Source: a virus (Duplodnaviria; Caudoviricetes). Taken from it: a stretch of DNA of 64,000 nucleotides. The stretch's first letter is position 1; every line of letters begins with the position of its first letter. The stretch lies in IMG/VR virus record IMGVR_UViG_3300032302_000065; one strand, given 5' to 3'. The position numbers and the translations under genes are program-made. Positions 8,236 through 18,143 of the stretch are shown in pieces. Below the pieces are notes generated by a model, which did no database searches, was not told where the DNA came from, and saw nothing but the letters and a program-made list of their open reading frames with translations.

Positions 8236-8957
8236 TCTGACACTCCATTACCATTAGGAGCGATATTTCCTTGCACTCCAATTTTTGAAATTTTTTGAAT
8301 TAAGTCTTCTCTTAAGTGCGAGAATAGTAAATGCTCAATGTCAATATATCCGCCATCAGTCAATCTTTTATTCATATCAGCAAACATGTTTCGATATACT
8401 TGTGTAATTTCTGGAAATAATTCAGAATCAAAACTCCAAAGTCTACTCATATACTGAAAGATAACATTGCCCGTTACTGCTGGCGTGAATTGACTAGTAA
8501 ATGGTCCACGAATTACAATTTTACCTTTTGCATTATAATGCGTATCATAATTAAAATCATCGTTTAAAACGTATCGACCACTCATTTTAAAAATACGTTT
8601 ATAGTGTTTATAGTCTTCAGTCATATTCATTTGTTCAAACATGGTTCCGAATGTCATTATTTCAGCCATGTTTTTTACGATATCCTGACTGGGAATACTA
8701 AGAATGTGTTTTAAGTGTGGCGATTCACAAAAACTAATGAATGTGAAAATGTGTGGAGATAATTTTTCTTTTTCTTCATCAGATAAATCTTTATCTCCAC
8801 CATCAATAATCATAATGTCTGCTGGACACCTACTTTTAATTGATTTGCACGTTTCGATTGTTTGTTCTAGTCTTTGTTCAGGACTATAAACTCCATGTTT
8901 AGTATGTATTGCAGACGATACTAAAAATAAACTTTCATTCTTTTGGTTTTCTTGCAT
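8232..8957 (-). CDS. putative GT-A-fold glycosyltransferase-like protein
   Basis: FLVSSAI, RLEQTIETCKSI, IMIIDGG, RIFKMSGRY, DIEH. Confidence 0.45.
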   Translation of the reverse strand: MQENQKNESLFLVSSAIHTKHGVYSPEQRLEQTIETCKSIKSRCPADIMIIDGGDKDLSDEEKEKLSPHIFTFISFCESPHLKHILSIPSQDIVKNMAEIMTFGTMFEQMNMTEDYKHYKRIFKMSGRYVLNDDFNYDTHYNAKGKIVIRGPFTSQFTPAVTGNVIFQYMSRLWSFDSELFPEITQVYRNMFADMNKRLTDGGYIDIEHLLFSHLREDLIQKISKIGVQGNIAPNGNGVSD

Positions 8958-9597
8958 TTGGTTTTTTCCTCACAGTTTTAGCGGCAGCTTTTTTCGCAAC
9001 AGGTTTTCGTTTTGGCTTAGCTTCCCCATTCATCATTTCTTCTTTTTTATTCAATCGTTTGAATACCTCTTCTGGTTCCATCCAGATATCTTTGTTCTCT
9101 AGTATAGACTTAATTTCATCGTCTGTCAAGAATCCAGCATATACGCTACGCATGAATCGGTCAGACCACTTACGTTCGTACATAATATTGTCGTACATCT
9201 CACCACCTTTGCCTATAGTACCACCTGAGTAATTGTGGAACATAAACATAGAATGTTCTGAGATTTCAAATCCATGCCCACATAAAAATATCATAGTAGC
9301 CGCAGACATACATGCGCCTTCTACCGATGTGATAATTTTAGCTTCGCATTCTGCCATTACACGCATCAATTGTATAGCAGTAAATAAATTACCACCAGGT
9401 GAGTTGATATGTATTTTAATGATATCAGTATCTGAAGCATTTCTGATAATTTCATACCATTCAACGTAATCTTCCGGAGAAGATATTTCACCAGTCAAGT
9501 ATAGAGTATATAAATGACCTATGGGTTTAGGTTGTCTAGGTTTTTTAGAATCATCTAAGTTAAATATTGATCCCAATTTGTTTTCTTCTTCGTCCAT
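8935..9597 (-). CDS. ClpP-like protease
   Basis: IHINSPGGNL, GACMSAAT (catalytic Ser), FMFHN (His), DIWM. Confidence 0.85.
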   Translation of the reverse strand: MDEEENKLGSIFNLDDSKKPRQPKPIGHLYTLYLTGEISSPEDYVEWYEIIRNASDTDIIKIHINSPGGNLFTAIQLMRVMAECEAKIITSVEGACMSAATMIFLCGHGFEISEHSMFMFHNYSGGTIGKGGEMYDNIMYERKWSDRFMRSVYAGFLTDDEIKSILENKDIWMEPEEVFKRLNKKEEMMNGEAKPKRKPVAKKAAAKTVRKKPNARKPKE

Positions 9598-9632
9598 AGT
9601 TACTCACTTTCTACAGTAATATAGAGTATACT

Positions 9633-10217
9633 CTATTTTGTTTTAAATGTCAAACTTTCAACTCCATATTTGCACAACCAGTATGCATCAATCAAGTCAG
9701 AAGAAGGATTCCATTGTTTCTCGGTCATATGTAGTTCTTCTTTTAAACGAATGTCATTAAATTCTTCAAAGACTTCCTGCATTCGTTCTTTATTTGCATT
9801 GCCTTTACCAGTAGCATATTTCTTAAGTACTGTTGGTGGCACTTCTGTACATTCTACAGCAAACAACCATAGTCTGTATTTTAAAATGCCAGCGTTCTCT
9901 GCAATGTTGAATACTCTGCCTTTTGATCCCATAGAATATCCTTCTAGGAATACGTGGCACTCTTTGTCTGTCTCTAACAATTTATCGATAAAGAAATTTG
10001 ATATACCATCGTATCGTAATACGTCAGTCACTCCTTCGTGGTCAAAAAATCTACCTGTTATGTTTTTAAATTGCACATCATATTTTCTAGATTGAGTTAG
10101 AAAATAAAAATTACAATCAGAAAAATTAAAATGTCCAATCCTGTCATTGTTTTCTCCAGTATCAAATACACACATTGCAGGACATGTTAGGGAATAATCT
10201 ATTCCTGCTACAATCAT
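9633..10217 (-). CDS. RuvC-like Holliday junction resolvase
   Basis: GIDYSLTCPA, VFLEGYS, LKKYATGKGNANK, DLIDAY. Confidence 0.85.
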   Translation of the reverse strand: MIVAGIDYSLTCPAMCVFDTGENNDRIGHFNFSDCNFYFLTQSRKYDVQFKNITGRFFDHEGVTDVLRYDGISNFFIDKLLETDKECHVFLEGYSMGSKGRVFNIAENAGILKYRLWLFAVECTEVPPTVLKKYATGKGNANKERMQEVFEEFNDIRLKEELHMTEKQWNPSSDLIDAYWLCKYGVESLTFKTK

Positions 10218-10426
10218 CTATCGTCTTCTTCCGTGTTCCATTCATCTTCTATTAGACTATCCCAATCTTCATCTGTCCAATCGTCTTCAACTTCTGTAAT
10301 TGTTTCTTCCAATATCTGTGATCCACAATAGGAACAATTTGTTGGAATTAAATCTGATACTCCTGCCGATGGTGTTACTGAATACTCAGTTTCACATGTG
10401 TCGCAAAATACGTTATATGTTGTCAT
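10214..10426 (-). CDS. small zinc-ribbon protein with acidic tail
   Basis: CDTC...CSYCG. Confidence 0.7.
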   Translation of the reverse strand: MTTYNVFCDTCETEYSVTPSAGVSDLIPTNCSYCGSQILEETITEVEDDWTDEDWDSLIEDEWNTEEDDR

Positions 10427-10436
10427 TTTTTTCTCC

Positions 10437-11060
10437 TTATTCGTACATTACAGTACTGGTGCTTCCGAGTGCCCATTTTGCTTCAGTCTCTACTGACCAA
10501 CGCTTTGTTGCTACTTTGAAATCTGGAATCTTAAGTTCCTTTGGGTTACTACTAGGTTCTAAAATCAACATTCTATTGTTGGGCTGTGCCGCAAATTGCC
10601 CATTATCACATTTAATAAAATTATAAGATTTGTGATCCTCAATGTCTTCGCTGAATCCTGTATCTAATATATTAAAATCTGGGTGGGCAGAATCGACAGT
10701 AAACATATACTCGCCGTATCTCCAATCACCCGCCTTACTTTTAAATTTACATTTCTGAGATTGCAACTGTGCTTTTTTAATTACAGTAATGTCATATGAC
10801 AAACAATCCCACAATTGTAATTGGTCAAGGGGCATCTCATCTGTTATTTCTTTCCAGCAGAATGCATGTAATGGCAATTTGTCATATAGTGCGCCGTATT
10901 CATTTAAATATGCTTCTATGCGAAATGCTTGTCCCCTCAGACTCTTTATACTTATCCACCAGCAAGGAACTAATTCTCCATGACCCTTTTCAAAGTCATA
11001 GAGAAATTCTTTGCGTACAAAACATTTAACCGCCGGAAGATTTGCTACGATGTGTGCCAT
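10437..11060 (-). CDS. conserved phage hypothetical protein
   Basis: 207 aa; LQLWDC, GQFAAQPNNR. Confidence 0.75.
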   Translation of the reverse strand: MAHIVANLPAVKCFVRKEFLYDFEKGHGELVPCWWISIKSLRGQAFRIEAYLNEYGALYDKLPLHAFCWKEITDEMPLDQLQLWDCLSYDITVIKKAQLQSQKCKFKSKAGDWRYGEYMFTVDSAHPDFNILDTGFSEDIEDHKSYNFIKCDNGQFAAQPNNRMLILEPSSNPKELKIPDFKVATKRWSVETEAKWALGSTSTVMYE

Positions 11061-11210
11061 TTACCAATGCCTTATAACACCTGCTACAATAAACAGGTTT
11101 GCTATTATATAGCAAAGCACAATACATGTTCTGATAATTGCAACTTTGTCGGACTCGTTATCACATACACTAGCCTTATCGCCCAATGCTTTTGCCCATA
11201 GTCGCCACAT
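11061..11210 (-). CDS. small membrane protein
   Basis: MWRLWAKALG..DKVAIIRT..NLFIVAGVIRHW; GAGG RBS. Confidence 0.65.
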   Translation of the reverse strand: MWRLWAKALGDKASVCDNESDKVAIIRTCIVLCYIIANLFIVAGVIRHW

Positions 11211-11217
11211 GAATTCC

Positions 11218-11676
11218 TCAATTGCACCAAGATTGTTTCGCATCTCCGTAGTATTCACGGGCTAAACCGTTTGCAATCAATGCTTGTCTTAAACTATTTC
11301 CGTCTAAAATAACGTCACCTAAAACACGCCCACCATACTTATCCCAATCCATCAACATAACTTGGCGTTTCTTTGCAGAAGCAACAGCATGTTTTGTAAA
11401 TTCTGTGGCACGTTGTCCTCTTAAGTCCTCTTGTGGACATTGCGCTCTGAATCCTTTTTCTGGTGTGTCAACGCCAAAGACACGAATGCTTAATTCTTTT
11501 TTGAGTGGATCTGGTAAGAATGTCGCTTCAAACGCAACAGTATCGCCATCAATAACCCTAGTGATATTAGCATCGTATATAACTCCAGGCCTTTGCTTTC
11601 CTGTTTGTGCATGTGTATTCCATGCAAGAAATGTAATTCCAACTACCAAACAAATTTTCCAAAATAAATTTTTCAT
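11218..11676 (-). CDS. thermonuclease (SNase-like) with signal peptide
   Basis: RVIDGDT, IRVFGVDTPE, DKYGGRVLG, LIANGLA; hydrophobic N-terminus with AxA site. Confidence 0.9.
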   Translation of the reverse strand: MKNLFWKICLVVGITFLAWNTHAQTGKQRPGVIYDANITRVIDGDTVAFEATFLPDPLKKELSIRVFGVDTPEKGFRAQCPQEDLRGQRATEFTKHAVASAKKRQVMLMDWDKYGGRVLGDVILDGNSLRQALIANGLAREYYGDAKQSWCN

Positions 11677-12668
11677 GCCGCTTTCCCCCATACGTCTGCC
11701 CAATCACCTTTTGTAGCACCCTTTGCATAGTCGGTTGCTCTGTTCTCAAAGAAATTAGTATGCGTTGGAGCATTAATCATTTCTTCAACCCAAGGTAATG
11801 GATTTCTTTTAACTTTAAAAATACCTTTCAGCCCAAGACTGATAAGGCGCCTGTCTGCAATGTAACGAATGTACTTCTTAACTTCTTCTGAAGTGAGTCC
11901 TTCCATCTCATTGATACCGAACGCCAAGTCAATAAACTTGTCTTCAAGTTCAACCATTCGTTCTGCAATAGTATATATCTTAGATTTTAATTCGTCATTC
12001 CAAATTTCATTATTCTCTTGGATAAATGATCTGAATAATTTAATCATAGATTCTGCATGTTGCGTTTCATCAACGATAGACCATGTAATAATCTGTCCCA
12101 TGCCTTTCATCTTACCCATGCGTGGAAAGTTCAATAGCATAATGAATGAAGAGAACAACTGCATACCTTCTGTGAATGCTGAGAATACTGCAATGTGTGT
12201 TGCTGTAGATTGCAAGTTTCCATTCTTACTTGAAATGTCTAGCACATAATCGTGTTTGTCTTTCATCTCTTGATATGCTAAGAATTCATTATATGTTGTG
12301 TCTGGTAGACCCAATGTTTCAATCAAGTGTGAGTATGCGGCAACGTGTAATGCTTCTCTAGCGGCAAAGCCAAGCAACATCATACGCACTTCAGGCTGTG
12401 GAAAATAAGGTAGATAGTTTTTTACATAACCACCAGCAACGTCAATGTCACCTTGTGTAAAGAAGCGAAAGATATTCGTGAGAAAATGTTTTTCTTCTGA
12501 TGTTAATTTTTTCTTCCAATCTTTTACATCTTCAGCCATCGGCACTTCAGTATGTAGCCAATGACTCTGTTCATGCTTCAACCATGCATCATATGCCCAT
12601 GGATAGTTAAATGGTTTGAATGCATCTCTGCCATCCATTAAATTACTTTTTGTTTTTATTGCATTCAT
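11673..12668 (-). CDS. nrdB: ribonucleotide reductase class Ia beta subunit
   Basis: FFTQGD, EALHVAAYS, EGMQLFSSF, DETQH, NFFE. Confidence 0.95.
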   Translation of the reverse strand: MNAIKTKSNLMDGRDAFKPFNYPWAYDAWLKHEQSHWLHTEVPMAEDVKDWKKKLTSEEKHFLTNIFRFFTQGDIDVAGGYVKNYLPYFPQPEVRMMLLGFAAREALHVAAYSHLIETLGLPDTTYNEFLAYQEMKDKHDYVLDISSKNGNLQSTATHIAVFSAFTEGMQLFSSFIMLLNFPRMGKMKGMGQIITWSIVDETQHAESMIKLFRSFIQENNEIWNDELKSKIYTIAERMVELEDKFIDLAFGINEMEGLTSEEVKKYIRYIADRRLISLGLKGIFKVKRNPLPWVEEMINAPTHTNFFENRATDYAKGATKGDWADVWGKAA

Positions 12669-12955
12669 TCGTTGACCTCAAACACTATTCTTTTATTCGG
12701 ATTGTTTTTTAAAAAATTCTTTATTGCAGTTTCAATAGTTGAACCTTGACATAAAAATACATCTGTGTTTTTGTCCCAAAGAAAAATCTCATTATTATGA
12801 ACCTCACTTTTACCAACAATAACTTCAACTTCTATCTGAGGTTCATTGTTTGTGATGTTTGTTATTTCAGTATTAGCCGGTGAAATCTTGCGAAAAGCTA
12901 AAAATGCAACTGCTAATAGAAATAATAATTCTAATATTCCAAAATCAAAATTCAT
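12665..12955 (-). CDS. membrane-anchored hypothetical protein
   Basis: N-terminal TM; FLCQG motif. Confidence 0.6.
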   Translation of the reverse strand: MNFDFGILELLFLLAVAFLAFRKISPANTEITNITNNEPQIEVEVIVGKSEVHNNEIFLWDKNTDVFLCQGSTIETAIKNFLKNNPNKRIVFEVNE

Positions 12956-13674
12956 ATAATTGGTATCCAATGATTGTTATAAGTTACCGCATACTCTCCT
13001 AGGTTTGCTTTAGAAGGAATATTATATTCTTCGGAATCTCTATGATAAATTTTATTAGAACTATCTGCGAAATTTATCTGCTGTCTACATGTGATATCAA
13101 ATGCAATTGTAATTCTAGGCTCATCGCCTTCCCATGGCCAAGTTCTATGCATATCATTACTGCATTTGCTCATGACAATTTGATTGGGTACAGTAGGAAC
13201 ATCGATGTAATCTTTATTTGGAACGACCTTATATGTTGTTTTGCTTCCTTCACCAGTCACACAATAGAATCCATGATATGATGGAACATCTTTGTTACCA
13301 TTTCCAGAATGACTATGCCAACCAATAAATTGTCCTTTTTTGTAAATATTTAACCAACATTGCATATAATAGCCGTGACGCAATGCATCTTCTCCTGCCA
13401 CTTCTTTGAAGAAGGTTGAAATTTCTTTATACAAGTCATATAGCTGACCGTATGGATATAAAAGTAAATTATATTTATAATATAATACTGTTGTTTTTCC
13501 GGTTTCCACTAAAGCATCAGCGAGTTTGCGATACTGCCCTTCAGTTTGTGGACCATCTTTATTCCATTTAGCTAAAATATGATTCTCTAAACTCATACAC
13601 GTTCCAGCCATAAGTTTAGTATCTAAGTTAATTTGTTTTGTGTTTATATAATTTGCAATAGTATTAAATGTCAT
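12952..13674 (-). CDS. putative 2OG-Fe(II) oxygenase (paralog A)
   Basis: WLNIY..G..I.WHSH, HGFYCV, distal HRT, RITIAFD. Confidence 0.7.
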   Translation of the reverse strand: MTFNTIANYINTKQINLDTKLMAGTCMSLENHILAKWNKDGPQTEGQYRKLADALVETGKTTVLYYKYNLLLYPYGQLYDLYKEISTFFKEVAGEDALRHGYYMQCWLNIYKKGQFIGWHSHSGNGNKDVPSYHGFYCVTGEGSKTTYKVVPNKDYIDVPTVPNQIVMSKCSNDMHRTWPWEGDEPRITIAFDITCRQQINFADSSNKIYHRDSEEYNIPSKANLGEYAVTYNNHWIPII

Positions 13675-13676
13675 AA

Positions 13677-14339
13677 TTATTTTCCATTATTAATTGGGAT
13701 CCAATGATTATCGGATATGAGTCCTCCACACGGTACTGAAGGATATGTTTTACCTTTTTCTCCAGTAATTTGAGTTCTAGAAACAATATCAAATGCAATT
13801 GTAATTCTAGGCTCATCACCTTCCCACGGCCAAGTTCTATGCATATCAGAAGTGCTTTTGCTTATTACAATTTGATTTTCAATAGTTGGAATATCAATCC
13901 ATTCTTTAGCATGGCCAAGTTTATATGTTGTTTTACTTCCCTCACCAGTCACACAATAAAATCCATGATAAGGGGGAATCTCTTTACTCACATGATTCCA
14001 ATGTCCATGCCAATCAATAAATTCGCCTTTTCTATAAAAGTTTAACCAGCATTGAATGTAGTATGGATTTTTTACTATATCTACGTTATCTTTTTCCGCA
14101 ACTTCTTTAAATAGATTTACAATTTCTCTATACAATTCATATAACTGACCGTATGGATATAGAAGTAAATTGTAATATGAATATAGTCCAGTAGTCATTG
14201 TAGACTGTCCACTATAAGTCATCTCTTCTTCACCCCAAACTTTTTGAATATGACTCATCATATAATCACAAGTTTCAATCATTACTGGAGTGTTCAGATT
14301 GATTTGTTTCGTATGTATGTAATTTTCAATCGTATTCAT
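13677..14339 (-). CDS. putative 2OG-Fe(II) oxygenase (paralog B)
   Basis: WLNFY..G..I.WHGH, HGFYCV, HRTWPWEGDEPRITIAFD. Confidence 0.7.
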   Translation of the reverse strand: MNTIENYIHTKQINLNTPVMIETCDYMMSHIQKVWGEEEMTYSGQSTMTTGLYSYYNLLLYPYGQLYELYREIVNLFKEVAEKDNVDIVKNPYYIQCWLNFYRKGEFIDWHGHWNHVSKEIPPYHGFYCVTGEGSKTTYKLGHAKEWIDIPTIENQIVISKSTSDMHRTWPWEGDEPRITIAFDIVSRTQITGEKGKTYPSVPCGGLISDNHWIPINNGK

Positions 14340-14585
14340 TTATATTCCACCCAACCAGTCATGTAATTCTGTTTTAGATTTTGTTCCAGAAAATCTTTTT
14401 ACTTCAGTAGGACCATCAACCATAATTAATGTGGGTACACTACGAACACCACACATAGATGCATACTCAAAATCTTTTTCGATATCGAAAGATTCGATTG
14501 GAACTTTTGTGTTGAGTTCATCAAGTATTTTAGTCAATGTTTTGCACGATTCACACCAATCTGCACCAAATTTAATAACTTTCAT
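14340..14585 (-). CDS. thioredoxin
   Basis: FGADWCESCK, VRSVPT. Confidence 0.9.
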   Translation of the reverse strand: MKVIKFGADWCESCKTLTKILDELNTKVPIESFDIEKDFEYASMCGVRSVPTLIMVDGPTEVKRFSGTKSKTELHDWLGGI

Positions 14586-14588
14586 TTT

Positions 14589-16370
14589 TTATCCCTCACA
14601 AGCTAAACAAGTATCACCATCGATAAGTGCTTTCATATCTAGTTCTTTAATAACTTCACGTTCAATACGTTTCGAAACTTTATCTGCTTTACCAATCTTT
14701 TCTGAACGGCAATAGTAGAGTGTTTTCAGTCCTTGCTTCCACGCTTGAAAGTGTACTGCATGTAAATATTTAATATTCACATCAGGACGAAAAAATAGAT
14801 TTAATGATTGCGCTTGATCTATATATGTTTGTCTGTCTGCGGCATGATTGACTAACCAACGCTGGTCAATCTCCATAGAAGTCTTGAATACATCTTTTGT
14901 CCAATCATCTAGAATATCTAAGTGCTGTACGCTACCATCATTCGCAATGATGCTAGACCAAACTGTCTGATATTCATCGTCTGATTTTACTATACTCTTA
15001 ATGATTTTGTCAAGCCATTTGTTCTTGGCTAACGATGAGCCCGATAAAGTGTCCTGACGATAAGCATTAGCACGATAAGGTTCGATACTAGGGCTAGTGT
15101 TTCCCATGACGATAGACGAAGAAGCATTTGGAGCGATAGCCATAAGATGACTAAAACGTTGACCAGTGCCAACAGCATCAAGAGCCTCACCTCGCTCTTT
15201 ACCCAACTTAAGATTCGCATCATTGAGTTGTTCCCTTACGTGTTTAAAGATTTGTTTGTTTCTTCCGACTGCAAGTGCTGATTCGAATGGGACGTTATTT
15301 CGTTGTAGATAAGCATGAAACCCAAGAGAACCGATGCCAATACTGCGCTCACGTATGGCAGAGAACCTTGCACGTTCAACGGCGGCAGGAGCATTATCAA
15401 TAAAATACTGAAGAACATTGTCAAGCATTTCTGCAATATCAGAAAGAAATAAAGGATCCGTTTTCCACTCATCAAAGTACTCCAAGTTGACTGAAGACAA
15501 ACAACAGACTGCTGTTCTATCTTTATCTGTAGGTAAAATAATTTCAGAGCAAAGATTACTTTGCTTGATACTTAGTCCCAAATCTTTTTGAAACTGTGGC
15601 ATAGCACGATTGCTTGCATCAATGAAGTGTAGATATGGTTCACCAGTTTGCATACGAATGTCAAGTATGCGTTGCCATAAGTCTTTTGCAGAAACAACTT
15701 CACGCACTTCATTACTGTGTGGGTCTCTTAATTCCCAAGAATCATCTGCATCTTTGTCTTGCATACAATTCTCAACGATTTGCATGAATGAATCTGGAAT
15801 GTTAATGCCATGATGTAGATTCAATGTACGTAGATTGGGATCGCCTGTTGGCTTTCTCATTTCCAAAAATAAAAGAATATCTGGATGAGAAATATCAAGA
15901 TAAGTAGCGTAGGAACCACGGCGAGTCCTACCTTGTCTATAAGCGAGAGATGATGCGTCATATGTGCGTAGGTGGGGCATGACTCCAACCGATTTATCAT
16001 CCGAACTGCGAATGCCGACACCGATTCCGACGCCGCCGCCCAACATCGAAAGCCAATTAACTTCTGCAAGACAATTGACAAGCCCTTCTGCACTATCATG
16101 TAGATATGGTAGAAAACACGAAATGGGAAGCCCACGACTACTGCGACCAAAAGAAAGAATGGGAGTAGAATAAGACAACCAATGCCTACTGCTGTATTCA
16201 TATAATCGTTGTGCATGTTCTGGATTGGAACCAAACGCTTTTGAGACATAAGCAAACCTTTCTTGTGGTGAAGTTTCGTCCTCACGCATGTAGGACTCTT
16301 TCAATCTCTTAATGCCTAACTCATCGAATAGCGAATCTCTACTATAGTCGATTACAATATCAGTTGTCAT
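14589..16370 (-). CDS. nrdA: ribonucleotide reductase class Ia alpha subunit (no ATP cone)
   Basis: PISCF, SNLCSEI, VCCLSS, APNASSS, KTLYY, C-terminal CLACEG. Confidence 0.95.
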   Translation of the reverse strand: MTTDIVIDYSRDSLFDELGIKRLKESYMREDETSPQERFAYVSKAFGSNPEHAQRLYEYSSRHWLSYSTPILSFGRSSRGLPISCFLPYLHDSAEGLVNCLAEVNWLSMLGGGVGIGVGIRSSDDKSVGVMPHLRTYDASSLAYRQGRTRRGSYATYLDISHPDILLFLEMRKPTGDPNLRTLNLHHGINIPDSFMQIVENCMQDKDADDSWELRDPHSNEVREVVSAKDLWQRILDIRMQTGEPYLHFIDASNRAMPQFQKDLGLSIKQSNLCSEIILPTDKDRTAVCCLSSVNLEYFDEWKTDPLFLSDIAEMLDNVLQYFIDNAPAAVERARFSAIRERSIGIGSLGFHAYLQRNNVPFESALAVGRNKQIFKHVREQLNDANLKLGKERGEALDAVGTGQRFSHLMAIAPNASSSIVMGNTSPSIEPYRANAYRQDTLSGSSLAKNKWLDKIIKSIVKSDDEYQTVWSSIIANDGSVQHLDILDDWTKDVFKTSMEIDQRWLVNHAADRQTYIDQAQSLNLFFRPDVNIKYLHAVHFQAWKQGLKTLYYCRSEKIGKADKVSKRIEREVIKELDMKALIDGDTCLACEG

Positions 16371-17057
16371 TCAGGTTCCTTCTCTTATGCTTTTAATTAT
16401 TGGAAATACATTTGCAATTACTTCTGCACATGCTCTTGCAATTTCTGCGTGTTCTTTTTGTGTTCCATTTCCATCTCTGAGGTCGATGTAGTGGATCCAT
16501 GATCTGAGTGTTCCGTTGACGTAGAGTCTTGAGATCGTGTTTCCTTCAGGAAGAACCACCCTCGCCTGCTCCTTTGCAATACCATTGCTAATCGCCCAAC
16601 TGTACGCATTGATAGCCTCTTTGATTACGTTACTTTGAATTGTATTCCATTGTTTTTGTAATTTATCATCATTAATTTCTATGCTATTTTGTCTATTTTT
16701 TGTGTCTTGCAATCTAGCTTCTCTAAGTACAAAATTGAGTTCTTTAGTTGGGTCAGCATATCGCTGGCTGAATTCTTGAAATGAGAAACTTCTGTGTCGC
16801 AATAATTGTCTTGCGATATCTCTTGTTGTCTCAACTTCAATACATGCGGAGACCATTTCAAGTGGACTCCAATGTTTGTGTTTGATGAGGTATTTGATGA
16901 GTCTTTCTGAAGTCTCACTATTGGACTGATTGGAGGGATTAGATACTCTTGCACAGTATGCGACAAGGTCTTGTAGATTGGGTAATTCAAATTCAAATTC
17001 ATCTTGTTTGCTCGGATCGATTGCTTGTTGTGAATAGCTTATTAATTTTACGTTCAT
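16371..17057 (-). CDS. thyX: flavin-dependent thymidylate synthase
   Basis: RQLLRHRSFSFQEFSQRY, HWSPLE, TQKEH. Confidence 0.95.
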   Translation of the reverse strand: MNVKLISYSQQAIDPSKQDEFEFELPNLQDLVAYCARVSNPSNQSNSETSERLIKYLIKHKHWSPLEMVSACIEVETTRDIARQLLRHRSFSFQEFSQRYADPTKELNFVLREARLQDTKNRQNSIEINDDKLQKQWNTIQSNVIKEAINAYSWAISNGIAKEQARVVLPEGNTISRLYVNGTLRSWIHYIDLRDGNGTQKEHAEIARACAEVIANVFPIIKSIREGT

Positions 17058-18076
17058 CTCATCTTCCATATGTTAAATTCAAGTAATGCTTTTGGACCGT
17101 GAAAAGTAAAGTTATTTATAGTATTGATGATTTCATCCTGTTCTTTTCCGGCGAGTATCATATCATTTATATCTTTTTCTTCATATGATTTAGGCCAGAT
17201 CACAACATTAGCATCTGCTTTAATTGTTTCACCAATCTCTCTTACGATTTCTTTATTACGTGGTTCGTTGTCATAAATCAATACTAACTTATCTTTAGGT
17301 AAGTAATTGAGTACATATTTCAAATTAGAATTTCCAACTGCAATAGCATTAGGTAAGAATAGACTATCAATCGGACCTTCAGTAACAAAAATAGTCTGTG
17401 TTATATCTATCCTGTTCATGTTGTAAATCATGGGTAAATCATCTTTTATTTTCATCACAAGATAACGCTGTTTCTCACCACGAATACCTCTGGCAGTCAG
17501 TCCAACTAACTCATCATCTTTATCATAGAACGGCAACACAATTCTAGGTTCTTCAGTTACAATCTTTTCTTCATAATCTGGAGAGAATACTTTTAACTTC
17601 TGAACGTTGTCAACGTAGTATAACGTTTTTAGTTTGTTCTCAGGAATCTTTCGTGAACGTGCATATACAATCGCTTCATGCGTATCGCTGAGTTTAGATA
17701 GGGGAGTTAGAACGCCTTTTAGATTATCCGTTTTATTACTGCCAAATGTGACAGGCTTAAAAATGAATCCGTGTTCTTTGTGTGCTTTGCGACCAGTCTC
17801 ACCTTCTTTATATCGCTCTAGGCAATACTCTTTGTAGAGGTTTGGGTCAACTGCTTTGATTAGATTGCCTAGAGAAATGCTGACTGCACAATTGTGGCAC
17901 TTGTAGAAGAGTCCACCTTTTTGTGCAAAGATATATCCACGTGCCTTGTTTCGATTTGTTTGGGAGTCACCGCAGATAGGGCATCTGAAGTTGTAAGTGT
18001 AGTCGCCTTTACGAACAAATTTGTCCAAGCGAACCGAGAGTGTACCAATGTACTTTTGGTCAATCCAAATGCTCAT
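17054..18076 (-). CDS. gp61: DNA primase
   Basis: CPICGDS..K.RG..CHNC zinc finger; EGPIDSLFL; DNEPRN; KDIND. Confidence 0.95.
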   Translation of the reverse strand: MSIWIDQKYIGTLSVRLDKFVRKGDYTYNFRCPICGDSQTNRNKARGYIFAQKGGLFYKCHNCAVSISLGNLIKAVDPNLYKEYCLERYKEGETGRKAHKEHGFIFKPVTFGSNKTDNLKGVLTPLSKLSDTHEAIVYARSRKIPENKLKTLYYVDNVQKLKVFSPDYEEKIVTEEPRIVLPFYDKDDELVGLTARGIRGEKQRYLVMKIKDDLPMIYNMNRIDITQTIFVTEGPIDSLFLPNAIAVGNSNLKYVLNYLPKDKLVLIYDNEPRNKEIVREIGETIKADANVVIWPKSYEEKDINDMILAGKEQDEIINTINNFTFHGPKALLEFNIWKMR

Positions 18077-18143
18077 ATTTTTTCATTATATACAAAAAGT
18101 CTATCTAATGTTCATTATAGCGTACATTAGATGGTAAGTCAAG

